From Eledone cirrhosa (lineage: Eukaryota), in contig OZ024758.1 of the NCBI GenBank assembly GCA_964016885.1, positions 17,856,001-17,920,000 of the forward strand: DNA of 64,000 bases, read 5' to 3'. The number at the start of each line of letters is the position of its first letter. Position 1 is the first letter of the stretch. The position numbers were made by a program, and so were the translations under genes. Under the pieces are notes generated by a model. The model saw only the letters and a program-made list of their open reading frames with translations. It was not told the origin of the DNA and searched no databases. Of the stretch, positions 37,748-52,396 are shown piece by piece.

Positions 37748-37967
37748 AAAAAAAAGGAAAAGAAGGACTTCACTTGTAGCTCTAAACAATTTGATTTAAT
37801 TTTATAGTATTATGATTTTATAATTTGGTTTTGTAGATCTAGTGATTAATGTTGGTGGCGAAGTCATGACTAAATGTTTCCTGCAGCTGGGAATATAATT
37901 TTACCTCTAGGTGACCCATAACGAATCTTGCATAGGTTGGGGCCCATTTTATGCACATGACCGTTCC
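37748..37967 (-). pseudogene. Penelope-like reverse transcriptase fragment fused to a terminal module
   Basis: 37967-37839 reads GTVMCIKWAPTYARFVMGHLEVKLYSQLQETF..., cf. the PLE RT motif GTAMGT.MAP.YAN.FMG.LE; terminal module matches 51338-51428. Confidence 0.7.
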
Positions 37968-39126
37968 TTATATATATATCGTTCTCAGCAACAAGTCTGC
38001 CTTTCTTTTATTAAAGCAGTAAAATGTGAATTGAGGTAGATTTTGCTTTTCTTTACATAAAATCCTGTATATCATTAACAAAACAAATTTTCGTATAATT
38101 CAATTGTAGTAAATCAATATATAAGTGTATGTGCAAAACATACTACTAATGCATAAGGTCCAATGATATGTATTTTTTTAGTCACCTATACGCTGTCTCA
38201 TATTTACTGAGCTCTTCAGTAGCCACTTTTAAATAACTCCCAAGTGCATCGTTAATTTATTGCTCATGTAAGCAACTAAAATCTAAAATAAACTCTGTAT
38301 GGTTTACTACCATATAACATGTTGAAATAACCGAAGCTAATTTGGGGTAAATTACTACATGAAATAAAATATAATATAATCTGAATGATTTGGTTATAAA
38401 AATATATAACTCACAAATTTAAAAGAGTCATTCAGCTTTAAGAGTACAATATCACATAAAACTAATAATTACGCCATTAGCAGACTCCTTTGTATTTCCC
38501 GTTAAATGCCACCACATTCCGAACGCAAACTGACATGCACACACACAAGGATATTTTATAGAATTGCACATAAAATACCCGACTTTGTTAACTAACATAC
38601 AGCTTTAACTGCTTGAAATTCATTTCATTAGCTTTCACCTAACAAGGTGGCAACTTCCGGTAATAACAATGCTTCAAGCAGTACCGAACTGCATTGCTAC
38701 TGCCAGATAAGACGGCGTTTTGTTTTACACAGTAGCATTTTCGTTTTTCTTCATCATCTATACAACTGCATTACCGACATAGATGGAGCGAAAGCAATAC
38801 ATGAAAGAAATCAATAATTTATTAAAAACAGGGAGGCATACTCTAAAATTTAGGGTTTCTAAAACAAGCGTTAGTTCATAAATCAGATGCGTATATATAT
38901 ATATCTGATTTATGAATTAATGTGTCAAATACCAAATAAGCAGATCATAGTGAATTAAGGTACAAAAACCAGGGCATTCTTCTTCTACTGACATCATCAG
39001 AACATGTAATCTTAGTGCATCGCGCTATTCTCCATCTTCTTTAATGTATTTGACTTTTCCATATTGACTAACCAAGGCATAGCGAATTAAAAAGTCATAA
39101 CATTTTTGTTAAGACATGTCATTACA

Positions 39127-39330
39127 TAATTGTTTCTACTTTTGGCACAAGGCCCAGTGTATTACTGGTACTTTATTTTATCGACCCCGTAACGATGAAA
39201 GCAAAGTTAAACTCGGCGGGATTTGAACTCAGACCATAAGGGGCCGTAACTCTTTGCTGCAAAGCATGGCGTCCGACCCTCTACCGATACTGCCAATCCA
39301 CCGCCCTATGTAAGATTACTGCTTAGTTTG

Positions 39331-39390
<60 letters not shown>

Positions 39391-39826
39391 GAAATAGCCG
39401 TCGAAATGGCTTGATCTCTGCCGTCGGGGTTAAACATTTTCCTATTACCCACTCTACTGCCCTAAGTATTGAGTACTCTGGTACGTTATGGTCCATCTGG
39501 TTCCTTACCACAACTCCTTCGTTATATATAGTAATAATAATAAACGAATATATATAGTAATAATTGTTTCTACTTTATGTACAAGGCCAGCAATTACCCA
39601 GTGCATTACTGGTACTTTATTTTATCGACCCCGTAAGGATGAAAGGCAAAGTCAACCTCGGCGGGATTTGAACTCAGATCGTAAAGGGACGTAACTATGC
39701 TGGAAAGCATGGCGTCCGACCCTCTACCGATACTGCCAATCCACAATAATTGTTTCTTCTCTTGGCACAAGGCCAGCAATTCCTCAGTACATTACTGGTA
39801 CTTTATTTTATCGACCCCGTAAGGAT
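39127..39826 (-). mobile_element. Three SINE copies surrounding a plus-strand family A copy (39390-39523)
   Basis: SINE motifs at 39127-39306, 39558-39745, 39745-39826. Confidence 0.85.
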
Positions 39827-39829
39827 AAT

Positions 39830-39993
39830 AATAATGAATACTAAAATCCAAAGAGGGCTCAATACAGATAAATATATATCAAATATATAAGAACCATAGA
39901 GCAAATATTTATTAAAATAATATTAAATTTCAGAAGATCAAGTTAAGGGTGAAAGCAGCGATTCTTTGCCTAAACTTTAATCTTTTATTTTAA
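39830..39993 (+). mobile_element. Hammerhead-like terminal element (copy of 15195-15310)
   Basis: MNTKIQRGLNTDK-like remnant, then CAGAAGA..GAAAGCAGCGATTCTTTGC..ACTTTAATC|TA. Confidence 0.55.
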
Positions 39994-40004
39994 TATATAT
40001 ATAA

Positions 40005-40199
40005 AAGAAAGCAATTGTGGTAAGGAACCAAATGGACCATAACACATCAGAGTACTCAATACTTAGAGTAGTAGAGTGGGAAATAGGAAAAAGTATGACC
40101 CTGACGGCAGATCTCAAGCCGTTTCCACGGCTATTTCTGTCCAGAAATAGCCGTCGAAACGGCTTGAGCTCTGCCGTCGGGGTCATACTTTTTCCTATT
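40005..40199 (-). mobile_element. Family A fold-back element
   Basis: Inverted arms 40082-40199 centred on TTTCTGTCCAGAAA; unpaired tail to (TA)n. Confidence 0.88.
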
Positions 40200-40758
40200 A
40201 TATATATATATATATAACAAATAGTTTACCGCTCTACATGGCTGAATACAATAAATGTAATCTTTGTTTTTCGAATATTAATAATAATGTTAGATTCGTT
40301 TGCAATTATGCAAACCGCCTCTTTTTTAAGCCATGTCAGTAGAATGACACCCTCATTCTTGCTCTTGACTTGGCATGTAAGCATAACTGCAGACACTAAT
40401 GAGTCTGTGTGATTACCCTTCATCAGTATAGTATACTGCTTACCTGCTAACTATCAAAGCTAGTGAAAATATATGATATCTTCTAAAATATACAGTGACT
40501 GATCGGCCTATATGTTAATGAGTTATTCTCATTTTTCATTAAATGATCATTATGTGCATCAGTATGTCTATCACACGCTGGACTAAGTATGCACCAACGT
40601 CTATCATACTACCTAGGTAGTATTTGCTCTCTTGTTTTGCGTTACCATATATCTAAAATGCCCGATATATCCCTGGCAAAATATCCATAACCTGGAGGTA
40701 TAGTTATAAGTGAGGCCTGAACAATGATTTATAAGGGTTCACCAAGGTTTGCTATTAA

Positions 40759-40983
40759 CCATTTAGCATTTACATTACTTTATATTTATTATTGTATTTT
40801 TGCAGTAAAGGCTTTATCTCACATAATTATCTCAGATAATATTGAATCTACGAGATTTTGATATTATTTATTTTGAGAAGAATACCTTACCGTTGGTATG
40901 AGTGGTCAGCCGGTTATGGCCGGTTTGAACAGAAACAGGTGACAGAATTCTAGCCGGTTATGACTGGTTTAAATGCTAAAGGG
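40759..40983. mobile_element. piggyBac-like MITE
   Basis: TTAA|CCATTTAGCATTTA ... TAAATGCTAAAGGG|TTAA. Confidence 0.8.
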
Positions 40984-41494
40984 TTAAGTTAGACCTCATG
41001 TCATGGGACAATACTAGTCATCAACATTATACATACATACCTGCACACATTCTTGGAGACATTCTTGCACACTATCTATTTAGTTATCCAAACAACGAAC
41101 ATAAAGATTCGCTTCGATCATAAAAGATCGAAGACCTAATGTTTTGAATACATACGTTTATGTTACATTACAAAAGTTAAATAAAAAAAGTAGTTTAAAA
41201 TTCATTTATTGATAAAAATGTAAAGGAAACATTTAATTGATATTATGAATAAATATGAATTAATATGCTTAAACATATATAAACCCAGATGATTTAGTTA
41301 ATTTTTATTGCTTGGTTTACATAAGCAGTCCCCGTGAATTATTTATTCATTATCTCAAAATACATATGCATATATGAATTTTCCTCTAACAGCCTCTGCA
41401 TATATATACCCCCATCACATACATGTATGTATATGTGTGTGAATGTTTGTGTCCGTGTGTGTATATGTTTGTATATATATATATATATGGATAT

Positions 41495-41689
41495 ATATAT
41501 GTATATGTATGAAGATATATATATGTATATATATATATAATTGTATGAATATATATATATATGTATGAATATATATATATATATGAATATATGTATGAAT
41601 ATATATATATATATATATATATATGATTATGTATATATATATATATATATATATGATTATGTATATATATATATATATATATATGTATG

Positions 41690-41727
<38 letters not shown>

Positions 41728-41761
41728 TATGTATATATATATATATATATATATATGTATG

Positions 41762-41847
<86 letters not shown>

Positions 41848-42092
41848 ATTATATATATATATATGTATGATTATATATATATATATATTTATATATATAT
41901 GTATGATTATATATATATATATGTATGATTATATATATATATATATTTATATTTATGAATATATGTATGAATATATATATATATATATATATAAATGCAT
42001 ACATACATACATACATACGTATTCGTGTAGTCTGGAAATATATGTATATGTATGAAGATATATATAATTGTATGAATATATATATATATGTA

Positions 42093-42150
<58 letters not shown>

Positions 42151-42310
42151 TATGTGTATATATATATATATATATATGTATGATTATATATATATATATG
42201 TATGATTATATATATATATATATTTATATTTATGAATATATGTATGAATATATATATATATATATATAAATGCATACATACATACATACGTATTCGTGTA
42301 GTCTGGAAAT
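41495..42310. repeat. Tandem duplication of a TA-derived block with unequal TA expansion
   Basis: Both units start GTATGAAGATATAT..TTGTATGAAT and end TGCATACATAC..GTATTCGTGTAGTCTGGAAAT (ends ~42039 and ~42310). Confidence 0.8.
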
Positions 42311-43111
42311 GACTGATAAATCGATAGATATCGATGCGTTATTTGTTTGTATTCTTCATATCATTAGAATATATCGCATATTTTATATTTTATTTGAATT
42401 TCATTTTAAGAAATTTGTTTGTTACAGTCGTTATGGTCTAGTAATTTTAATGTAGAAGTAAACTTCTCAAAGAAAATCTCGCAAAACATAGAACATCACC
42501 AAAAAGCAAAAACCCGGAAAATTTAAAGTGAAAAACGTCTTAAGTATTTGTTAATGTAATATGCTTCGAACTTGTCTATCACAACAAAGATTATCTATAA
42601 ATAAAATAAAACGAAATTTAATGATTATTTATTGTTATGCACACTAAAAATAAATCAGGCTATGTTAATCTTATTTATTCCTATAATATTTTTTATCTTT
42701 GCTTTCTTTATTTTCGGAATTTTGCATTTCTTAACATTAAATAGTTGTTCAGATATTAGAACAAATTTATTTGGATAGCAATTGCATTTAAATTTACAAT
42801 TTGAGATGTAAAGAAAAAAAAAATAGTGGGGAAGGGTAAACTGTTTAATTGTTTAATAAAGAAAATTGTATATACTTGTCAAATTTTGATTGGATAACAT
42901 TTGAAAATGTTTCCAAAAGAAAACGGAATATCAACAAGACAACACCACCACCACCACAACCACCACCAACAACAACAACACCAACAAACGAAACAATATA
43001 AAAAAGTTAGAAATAATAAAACTAATAAAAATATAAAACACAATCGACTGTTTATTTTTTAACCTTTAATCAAAAACCTAATAGAAAAAAATATGATGAT
43101 GATAATAATAA

Positions 43112-43284
43112 TAATTGGTTCTACTTTTGGCACAAGGCCACCAATTACCCCAGTGCATTACTGGTACTTTATTTCATCGACCCCGTAAGGATGAAAGGCA
43201 AAGTTAACCTCGGCGGGATTTGAACTCAGATTGGCAAGGGCCGTGATTCTCTGCGTCAAAGCATGGCGTCCGACCCTCTACCGA
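43112..43284 (-). mobile_element. tRNA-head SINE
   Basis: Full minus-strand SINE next to (AAT)n. Confidence 0.88.
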
Positions 43285-43763
43285 TACTACCAATTCACCG
43301 CCCTTAAAAATAAAAATAATAATAATAAAAAGAATAGTAGTAGGAAAAACAAGACTCAATTTATTTCTATTGCAATCAAGACAGACTCTCAATAATGTGT
43401 TGAAAATAATTATCAGTTCGAACAGTTGATTTCTTGTTCTTCATTCAATAAAGAGAAAGATAGAATATGGTGAAAACGATCTAAGAATATTCTGGAATAT
43501 ATTTAAGAAAAAGATAGAAAAATTTGAAAAACAGAATTTAAATAAGAAAAGAAAGAAATGAATAAATAAGGCCAGGCGCTGTGGAAAGAAAACCAGAGCT
43601 ATGAGAAATCAATATCATTTTATAAGAAGACAAGAAGAAAAAGAAAATATATTGGGAAGGAAAGGAAGAAAGAGATAAACAAAGGAATAATGATTGGAAA
43701 TAGGAAACGTAGTAAACATTTTTAGATCAGTGTAAATTTTCCGTCTCCAGACAATTTTAAATT

Positions 43764-43808
43764 TAAAAGGATGCATACACGCATACAAACACACACACAC
43801 GCACACGC

Positions 43809-43871
<63 letters not shown>

Positions 43872-44514
43872 TGTGTGTATGTATATTTATATGTATATAG
43901 GTGTATGTATATTTATATGTATCTAGGTGTATGTATATTTATATGTATATAGGTGTATGGATATTTATATATTTATATATGTATGAATATTTATATGTAT
44001 ATATATGTATATGAATATATATGTATATATATATGACTATACATACATATGAATATATATGTAAATGTAGATACATATATAAATACATATAAATACATAT
44101 AAATACATATAAAGGTACATATAAATACATGTAAATGTACATATATATACATGTATTTATATATACTTTATATGTATTTATATTTACATATAAATACATA
44201 TAAATGTATATATAAATAAATGTATATATATGTACATTTACATGTATTTATATGTATTTATATGTATTTATATATGTATGTACATTTACATATATATTCA
44301 TATGTATGTATATTCATATATATATATACATATATATTCATATACATATATATACATATAAATGTATATACATATATATACATATAAATATCCATACATA
44401 TATAAACATATAAATATCCATACACCTATATACATATAAATATACATACACCTAGATACATATAAATATACATACACCTATATACATATAAATATACATA
44501 CACCCACACACTCG

Positions 44515-44558
<44 letters not shown>

Positions 44559-44576
44559 CGTGTATGCATCCTTTTA
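43764..44576. repeat. ~810-bp imperfect palindrome of simple-repeat sequence
   Basis: TAAAAGGATGCATACACGCATAC(AC)n... / ...(GT)nGTATGCGTGTATGCATCCTTTTA; internal landmarks (CTAGGTG/CACCTAG) are mirrored. Confidence 0.85.
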
Positions 44577-44849
44577 TGTATGTACATTTCTATGTATATT
44601 CATATGTATGTTTTATTCATATATATATAGATATATATATACATATATATTCAGAATGACTGTTTTGAATTACAGTTCAATAAACTATTCTTTATATAAA
44701 TGGAAGAAGAAAAATATCAAGATGTAATCTATAACAGTATAAATAATAATGATATAATATATAATAACAATAATAATAATATTAATAATAATTGATACTT
44801 TAAACATCATGTTGAGAAGACGAAAGAATCACTATAGAATCACTGTAGA

Positions 44850-44970
44850 ATGTAGAGAACAGATGTAGAAAGGGTGAGCCATATTGAAAGCGAATGTTTT
44901 AAGTTGGTACAGCGAGAGTACAAAAGATGATATGATATTGTTGTAAGATATGTCATGGAAAATGCACAAA
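44850..44970 (+). pseudogene. R4/Dong-like CCHC finger remnant
   Basis: CRM..TDVERVSHIESECFKLVQREYKR*YDIVVRY resembles CR.C...ETV.HI.S.C..L...EY..RHD.V. Confidence 0.55.
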
Positions 44971-46774
44971 TGAAATGTTTAAGAATCAATTAAATACAAG
45001 TACATATCCATCACCATCATTATCATTGTCATCACCATCATCACCGTTTCTTCAATTAATGTCTGTTTAATGAAAGCTTGCAGGACTTAGTCAGGTCTGC
45101 CCGGTCATATTTCTTTAGTAAAGTTGTTTAGTAGAATTTGTGTGATTGGCCCAAAGGGTTTGAGAGTTAGCTGCCCTTGGAAATAGATGTAGCTTCAATA
45201 GTTATTTGAACTGGAACAGGAACAAACATACACATATTTAGGGATCAATGAACGCAACGGTATTCACCCTATATTTTAGACCAGGTAAAATAGTTTCTGT
45301 CCTGTTCTGAAGATTATGAAGAAAAATATTTAAGAATCTAGTTTTGCTACATGTTTTTTCCCATATATGTGATGTTAAAGAAGAGGGACCTCAAAACGCT
45401 TAAAATGTTGACCCCATTTCGACGCCCAAACATAAATACATAAATAAATAAAAATAATATAGAATAAATCAAAAACCTTTTTTAAACAAGTTGTATTTTA
45501 AGTTATACAGTGTCTGTTTGGCTTAAAAGGTTCATCGAGCTTCTAGGCAGTCCCATTGACGTCTAATTCTCAATAAGGATCAATCTAAGAGACCTGTGGT
45601 GTCGGGGAAAGTTATAGGTGAAATAATAGAGTATGTATTTACATATTGGTAAAATAACTAAAGTCAAATATAAAATATTTTACAATCTGAAAGCAAATCA
45701 ATTTTATTATCTAATGAGTGTCGTGACGTTAAAGATTTTCTCAAAAGATTGAATGGCGGACGTCTGTTACATAAAAGCCAAATCTAGGAATCGAAACATC
45801 GTCACACGTTTATCTTACAGAGTGGCAGCCAGCATGAAAGTTAATTTCCTTTCTACTGCATTCATGTGTTCGTGATATTTCCATCAGACGCACCGCAACT
45901 CACTTGATACTTAATTTTGTTGACATTGTAAACATTGACATCAAACAGATTAATGAAAATGTGTTCTGAGAAAATTAAATAATCAGGTATAAAATTATAA
46001 CGTATGTTTATTTCAACACATTTGGTAGCGTTTTGCTGGCGTGGTTGCGGGCAGGAGTAAAATACAGTAATAATTATCGTCATCAAAAATTTAATGGTGA
46101 AAAAATTATTCAAAAATTAGAAAAATAAAACATTACTTAAAAGAATTTTAAAGCTTGAAAGCATAAATGGAAATTAATTATCTGTTGATTATATGATCAA
46201 ATTATTTATGTTTGTGTACACAATTTCATATTTCATAAACGTCAAATTTATATCTATACACTGCTTTCAGTAATGGTTTATATTTTAAAAAAAACAACAA
46301 CAAAATTAAGAAAAACTATCAATCATAAAACAAACTTGACAGGTTTGCAAATCGGAATATTTGCTTTGAATGAAATTGTCTGATTGCGAAAATGACCAAA
46401 CTCTATGTTATATGTAGTGGCATGAGTCCTGTAGGAAGAGGAGGTGCAAGAAGAATGTAAAGAAGAACGCAATACATGCTATAAATATTCAAAGTGGTGG
46501 GTTCACTGAAAGGATGACACAGTAATATAATAATCACTGTGTTAAATGCAACGGGGTATTTAGCGTCTTAATTAGAGAAGGAAGTTTTCATACCCTTGTT
46601 AAATACCTGTCAATGAAACGAATTCTGAATTGTAAGTACTCGCGCGTTTGTTTGTTTTATATTTTCCGTTATTTGGAACTAATATATATATATATATTTA
46701 TGCACGTGTCAGAATACGTATATATATATATATATATATATATACACGTGTCAGAATACGTATACATATATATA

Positions 46775-47125
46775 TTAATAAAAGGAATTCCAACTTTGTC
46801 TGATTTACTTGTTTTATTTACAAACCTTTAACATTATAATGATATTATAATGAAATAGTATGTAGAATATTAAATGTTGAATGTTAATTGAACAAGTACT
46901 TTCATGCTTTCGCAATCTTCAGGTTCATATTCAGTGGTGACAGTTGCAAACTTGACTGTCACCACTGAATATATATATATGAAGATTGCGAAAGAATGAA
47001 AGTACTTGTTCAATTTACATTCAACATTTAATATTCTACATACTATTTCATTACAATATCATTACAATTTTAAATGATTGTAAATAAAAAGAGTAAATCA
47101 GACAAAGTTGGAATTCCTTTTATTC
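46775..47125. mobile_element. ~350-bp fold-back element with hammerhead in its arms
   Basis: Arms AATAAAAGGAATTCCAACTTTGTCTGATTTACT... / ...AGTAAATCAGACAAAGTTGGAATTCCTTTTATT; apex CAGTGGTGACAGT tgcaaactt GACTGTCACCACTG. Confidence 0.85.
46889..46927 (-). ncRNA. Minimal type-I hammerhead ribozyme
   Basis: Minus: TGAAC-CTGAAGA-T-TGC gaaa GCA-T-GAAA-GTAC-TT|GTTCA; 5-bp stem I, GAAA tetraloop II, palindromic stem III. Confidence 0.85.
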
Positions 47126-47157
47126 ATATAATCTTCTATACACAATCATACACACCC

Positions 47158-47460
<303 letters not shown>

Positions 47461-47498
47461 TATATATATACAATATATATATATATATATATACATAT

Positions 47499-47606
47499 AG
47501 CTTCCTGATGATATCATACACATGAAACAGTTCTAGTTGTGTAGAAGCCATTTCTATATTATTACATTTTTGATGTTTTCAATCTAAAAATGTATTCAGT
47601 ACATTA
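47499..47606 (+). ncRNA. Hammerhead-like motif in TA-flanked island (related to 61741-61870)
   Basis: GCTTC-CTGATGA-tatcatacacat-GAAA-CAGTTC-TA..GTAGAAGC. Confidence 0.5.
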
Positions 47607-47954
47607 TATATATAAAAATTATGCGAACTTCATTAGAAGCAATTTCATCATCACTTGCTTAACAACACCTACGTCAACTAAGTAAATTTGAAAAGCAGTA
47701 AATAAATTTAATTGAAACGAGTAGGAAGCTTATTGCGTGGGAGACATTAGGAGACATTAAATGCGACAGTGACGGGTATAGGGGACAAAACGAGAGGTTA
47801 GGATAAATATTGGATCGTCAAATATGAATTTTGTAGAAAAAAACAAAGGACCATACAAATTCCATATTTGACGACCCAATGCATAATAGAAGTAAAGTTA
47901 ACGTGAGATAAAAAAAAGTAATAAATAACAAGTTTAAGTAAATTTGAGAATAAA

Positions 47955-48136
47955 TAATTGGTTCTACTTTTGGCACAAGGCCAGCAATTATCCCAGTGTA
48001 TGACTGGTACTTTATTTTATCGAACCCGTAAGGATGAAATGAAAAGTTAACCTCGGCAGGATTTGAACTCAGACCATAAAAAGGCGGTAACTCTTTGCTG
48101 CAAAGCATGGTGTCCGACCCTCTACCGATACTGCCA
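47955..48136 (-). mobile_element. tRNA-head SINE
   Basis: Minus-strand SINE motifs. Confidence 0.85.
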
Positions 48137-48482
48137 CTAATGACCGCTTATGAGATCCACTCACCTCACATTAAACATGTTGCCTACGTGCAGGTCGATA
48201 GATAGAAAGTTAGATAGATAGATAGATAGTGTGTATAGAGAGAAAGAGGGAGAAAGAAAACATATAAGAGAAAGAGAGACAACACATTTTCTCAAATGAT
48301 TTAGAAGCAATAAAATAAAATAAAATTTCATGAAAAATAATTTAAAAGTATCTGTATGAAAATATGGTGTTTGTCTATAAAACATATCACAAATTTATAT
48401 ATGTATATATGTGTGTGTATATATATATATATGTATATGCATATATATATATATGTATGTGCATATATATATATGTATATGC

Positions 48483-48515
<33 letters not shown>

Positions 48516-48652
48516 AATATACATATATGTATATATGTGTACATGCATATATATGCATATATATACATACATACATATATATATACATATATATATATAT
48601 GTGTGTGTGTGTGTACATGCATATATACAGACATACATACATGTATACATGC

Positions 48653-48707
<55 letters not shown>

Positions 48708-48918
48708 AAATGTAAACATAGGGAAAGTGTGTGTGCGAGAAAATGAGTGGTGATACAATATTAAAAACAACACCCGAACATGAAACGTATATCGTGTTCA
48801 AATATTTTCTGATCAGTGACTTCAATCAGTTAATTTTCTTCGTAAATATATTTATATCCATATATAAACACCTATATTTATATCTATCTATATATATATA
48901 TATATATACACATCTATA

Positions 48919-48974
<56 letters not shown>

Positions 48975-48996
48975 TCTCTCTTTCTCTCTTTCTCTC

Positions 48997-49060
<64 letters not shown>

Positions 49061-49083
49061 CGTATATATATATATATATATAC

Positions 49084-49175
<92 letters not shown>

Positions 49176-49947
49176 TAGTGTGTGGTTATTAGTGTGTGTT
49201 TTACATACAGGACCGGCACAAATAAATTTCATTCATAATCGTGCATATACATTAAATATAATGCCTGAAACCAATAAAGGAAGAGCAATATATAAATGTT
49301 TATATATATATATATATATATATAACAGAAATTACGTAGTGAAGGCGTTTCAATGCAAATTATTATAATAATAGTAGAGAAATTCGGGCAAATTCACCAT
49401 AGAAACGAAAAATGTGAGTAGACGTGAATCTGTCCGTTTTGTTAGAAGTTTTAAAAAAAGGAGTTGACAAACGAAGCATTATGGAAATCAGAGATTTGAA
49501 GTAAGTGTCTCATTAGAGATGACTATAATCATATTGAATTCCTTTATATAATAGTTGAGAGATCGTGTAAATTATCCTTGGAGAAGGAATACTCTTAACA
49601 GAGGTGCACTCGCCTTCATGCGAGAAATCACGCAGATGCCTCTGTCGGTTTTTTGCATCTTAGGAGTATCGTACCTTCTTTTCGCATTGACACCATCATC
49701 TATTAATTCTGGTGTATCTCTCTTCGTCACGACAGCCTATGTAAAGACGAGGGAGAAAACATTTGTCAAACCTTTACGTATGTAGTTCTCTCCGTACATT
49801 CGACTAGAAATTCGACTAGGCATTCGAACGGACATTCTGTAATAAATAAAGAAAAAAAGAAAATATGACAAATAAAACGTAAGCAATTATACATAAAATT
49901 AGACTGGAAACATACGAACTTATACTTAGTCATTATACTTTCATTCA

Positions 49948-50108
49948 GGGAGTGGATTGGCAGTATCGTTAGATCGTTAGACGCCATGCTTTGCAGCATA
50001 GAGTCCTGACACCTTTACGTCCCACCGAGGTTAACATTGTCGATAAAATAAAGTACCAGTAATGCACTGGTTAATTGCTGGCCTTGTGCTAAATGTAGAA
50101 ACAATTAT
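49948..50108 (+). mobile_element. tRNA-head SINE with internal deletions
   Basis: GGATTGGCAGTATCG head, TCGATAAAATAAAGTACCAG body. Confidence 0.8.
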
Positions 50109-50494
50109 ATTCTCATTCATATATAAAAGTAGAAGCAGGATGACACTGATTATTCATTCTAAATGCAATACGTATATTTACACACACTAATTGCTGACCA
50201 TAAAATACAACAACAGTCGCCATAATAGCCAAAGAAGCTGTTTGCTTACCATGCAACTTGCCAATGGGAAATGATGACAAACTTTTGTAGTCTAATTATT
50301 ACTTTAGTTATCTTTTGATAGTAAAAAATGAGAAGATTAAAGAAATAAGAGTTGAAATAATTGAAATAGCGACATGTTATAGAATTTGTGTTGTGTAGAT
50401 CAAGTATTGCTCAGGTAACATATGATCAAAGTCGCTTTAGCTTTAATATATAAATACACATACACACATTCATATATGTATTAAAAAAAAAAAA

Positions 50495-50522
<28 letters not shown>

Positions 50523-50525
<3 letters not shown>

Positions 50526-50722
50526 ACAAAGAAGGTGTGGGTAAGATACCAAGTGGACCATAACGCACCAGAGTACTCGATAGTTAGGGTAGTAGAGTGG
50601 GTAATAGGAAAATAGTCAGGTCCTCGAAGGCTATCTCCGGCGGTTTCGACAGCTAGATCCTAACAGTTCGGATCTAGCTGTCGAAACGACCGGAGCTCAG
50701 CCGTCGGGGTCCTGACTCTTTT

Positions 50723-50727
<5 letters not shown>
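50523..50727 (-). mobile_element. Family A fold-back element
   Basis: Arms 50604-50727 with apex GGATC hairpin; tail to (TA)n. Confidence 0.88.
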
Positions 50728-50797
<70 letters not shown>

Positions 50798-50873
50798 GGA
50801 AAAAATGAAACGAAATTTCATTTCTCACTCTTAGTACGGCTGTATACTTATATATACTTATATATATATATAT

Positions 50874-50963
<90 letters not shown>

Positions 50964-50974
50964 TTTATATATAT

Positions 50975-51162
<188 letters not shown>

Positions 51163-51236
51163 CTTATATATATATATATACTTATATATATATATATATA
51201 TATATATACTTATATATATATATATATATATATATA

Positions 51237-51324
<88 letters not shown>

Positions 51325-51337
51325 AATATATATATAT

Positions 51338-51590
51338 AAAAGAAAATAATGACTTAACTTGTAGTTCTAAACAATTTAATTTAGTTTTATAATATCATAA
51401 TTTTACAATTTGGTTTGGTAGATCTAGTAAGTTCTTTGTTAACTTCGGTGAGGAGATTTATAAAGATTCTTGGTTTACTTTCATGGCGAATCTTCTCGGT
51501 GGCGATTGTCATACCAAATTGTAAAATTATAATATGATATTAAACTAAATTGTTTAGAACTACAAGTGAAGTAATTCTTTTCTTTTTTTT
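51338..51590. mobile_element. Fold-back element after (TA)n; terminal module shared with the PLE RT fragment at 37748
   Basis: ACTTGTAGTTCTAAACAATTT...TTTTACAATTTGGT inverted at 51513-51590. Confidence 0.75.
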
Positions 51591-51844
51591 AAATATACCT
51601 AACTGTACCAATATATATTAGACTGGAAACATTACATTTTTATTTTCCATTCGGAAAACCACTACCGATGATGGATGCAGTTTCTAAATATAGGGACTAA
51701 TAAATCTTTTAAGCTACAAAAACTCTGGCATTCTCTCTCTTCTTCGTTCTCAGATAAATTTATTTTGAAACCAATCATATTGGAAATATCTGTCTCCCAA
51801 ACACACTTATATAGTTACTGTGATGCGGATAACAATATCCGCTA

Positions 51845-52055
51845 AAAATAACAAACCGAAAAGTATGAACTGTCTTTTTGATGAACCCATAGTGGTAGAA
51901 ACATCTGGGATTCTGATCTCCCATCACCTCTCGTCTTACTGAGATGAAGATGACCGTCTATAAAAAATGAGCCTGTCCTGTTAGATTCATTCAGTTTCAA
52001 TTCCCTCGCTATACTCTCGGAGTAATATATTCAGCATTCTCTCTGCCGGGTCCAG
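51845..52055 (+). pseudogene. Highly decayed CRE-clade endonuclease fragment
   Basis: PIVVETSGIL ... SLAIL(RG)NIFSILSAG with frameshifts. Confidence 0.5.
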
Positions 52056-52396
52056 GAAGGACAATCAGCAATTGGGCTGTGCCTATATAGTAGTTAATAT
52101 ATTGATTTCAAAATTATTTAAAAAATCACTGACTAATGTAGTCTATGCTTCACTGCACAAACTATATATTTTATAGTTACAATTGCCAACATGAAGCTGG
52201 ACAAATAATTTTAAAATGTGTGTTGAAAGGTACGAAAAAGATTATGGTAGAATGAAACACTTCAAAGAATATTAATAAATAATTGAATAAATAAGCCATG
52301 TTTACTATTTATTCTCTTATCTAATCAGAAGTGGTATGGGATGGAGAATCTATTTGATGGGGAGGAAAAGTGGGTTAAAACCCTTCTTGTTCGGAA

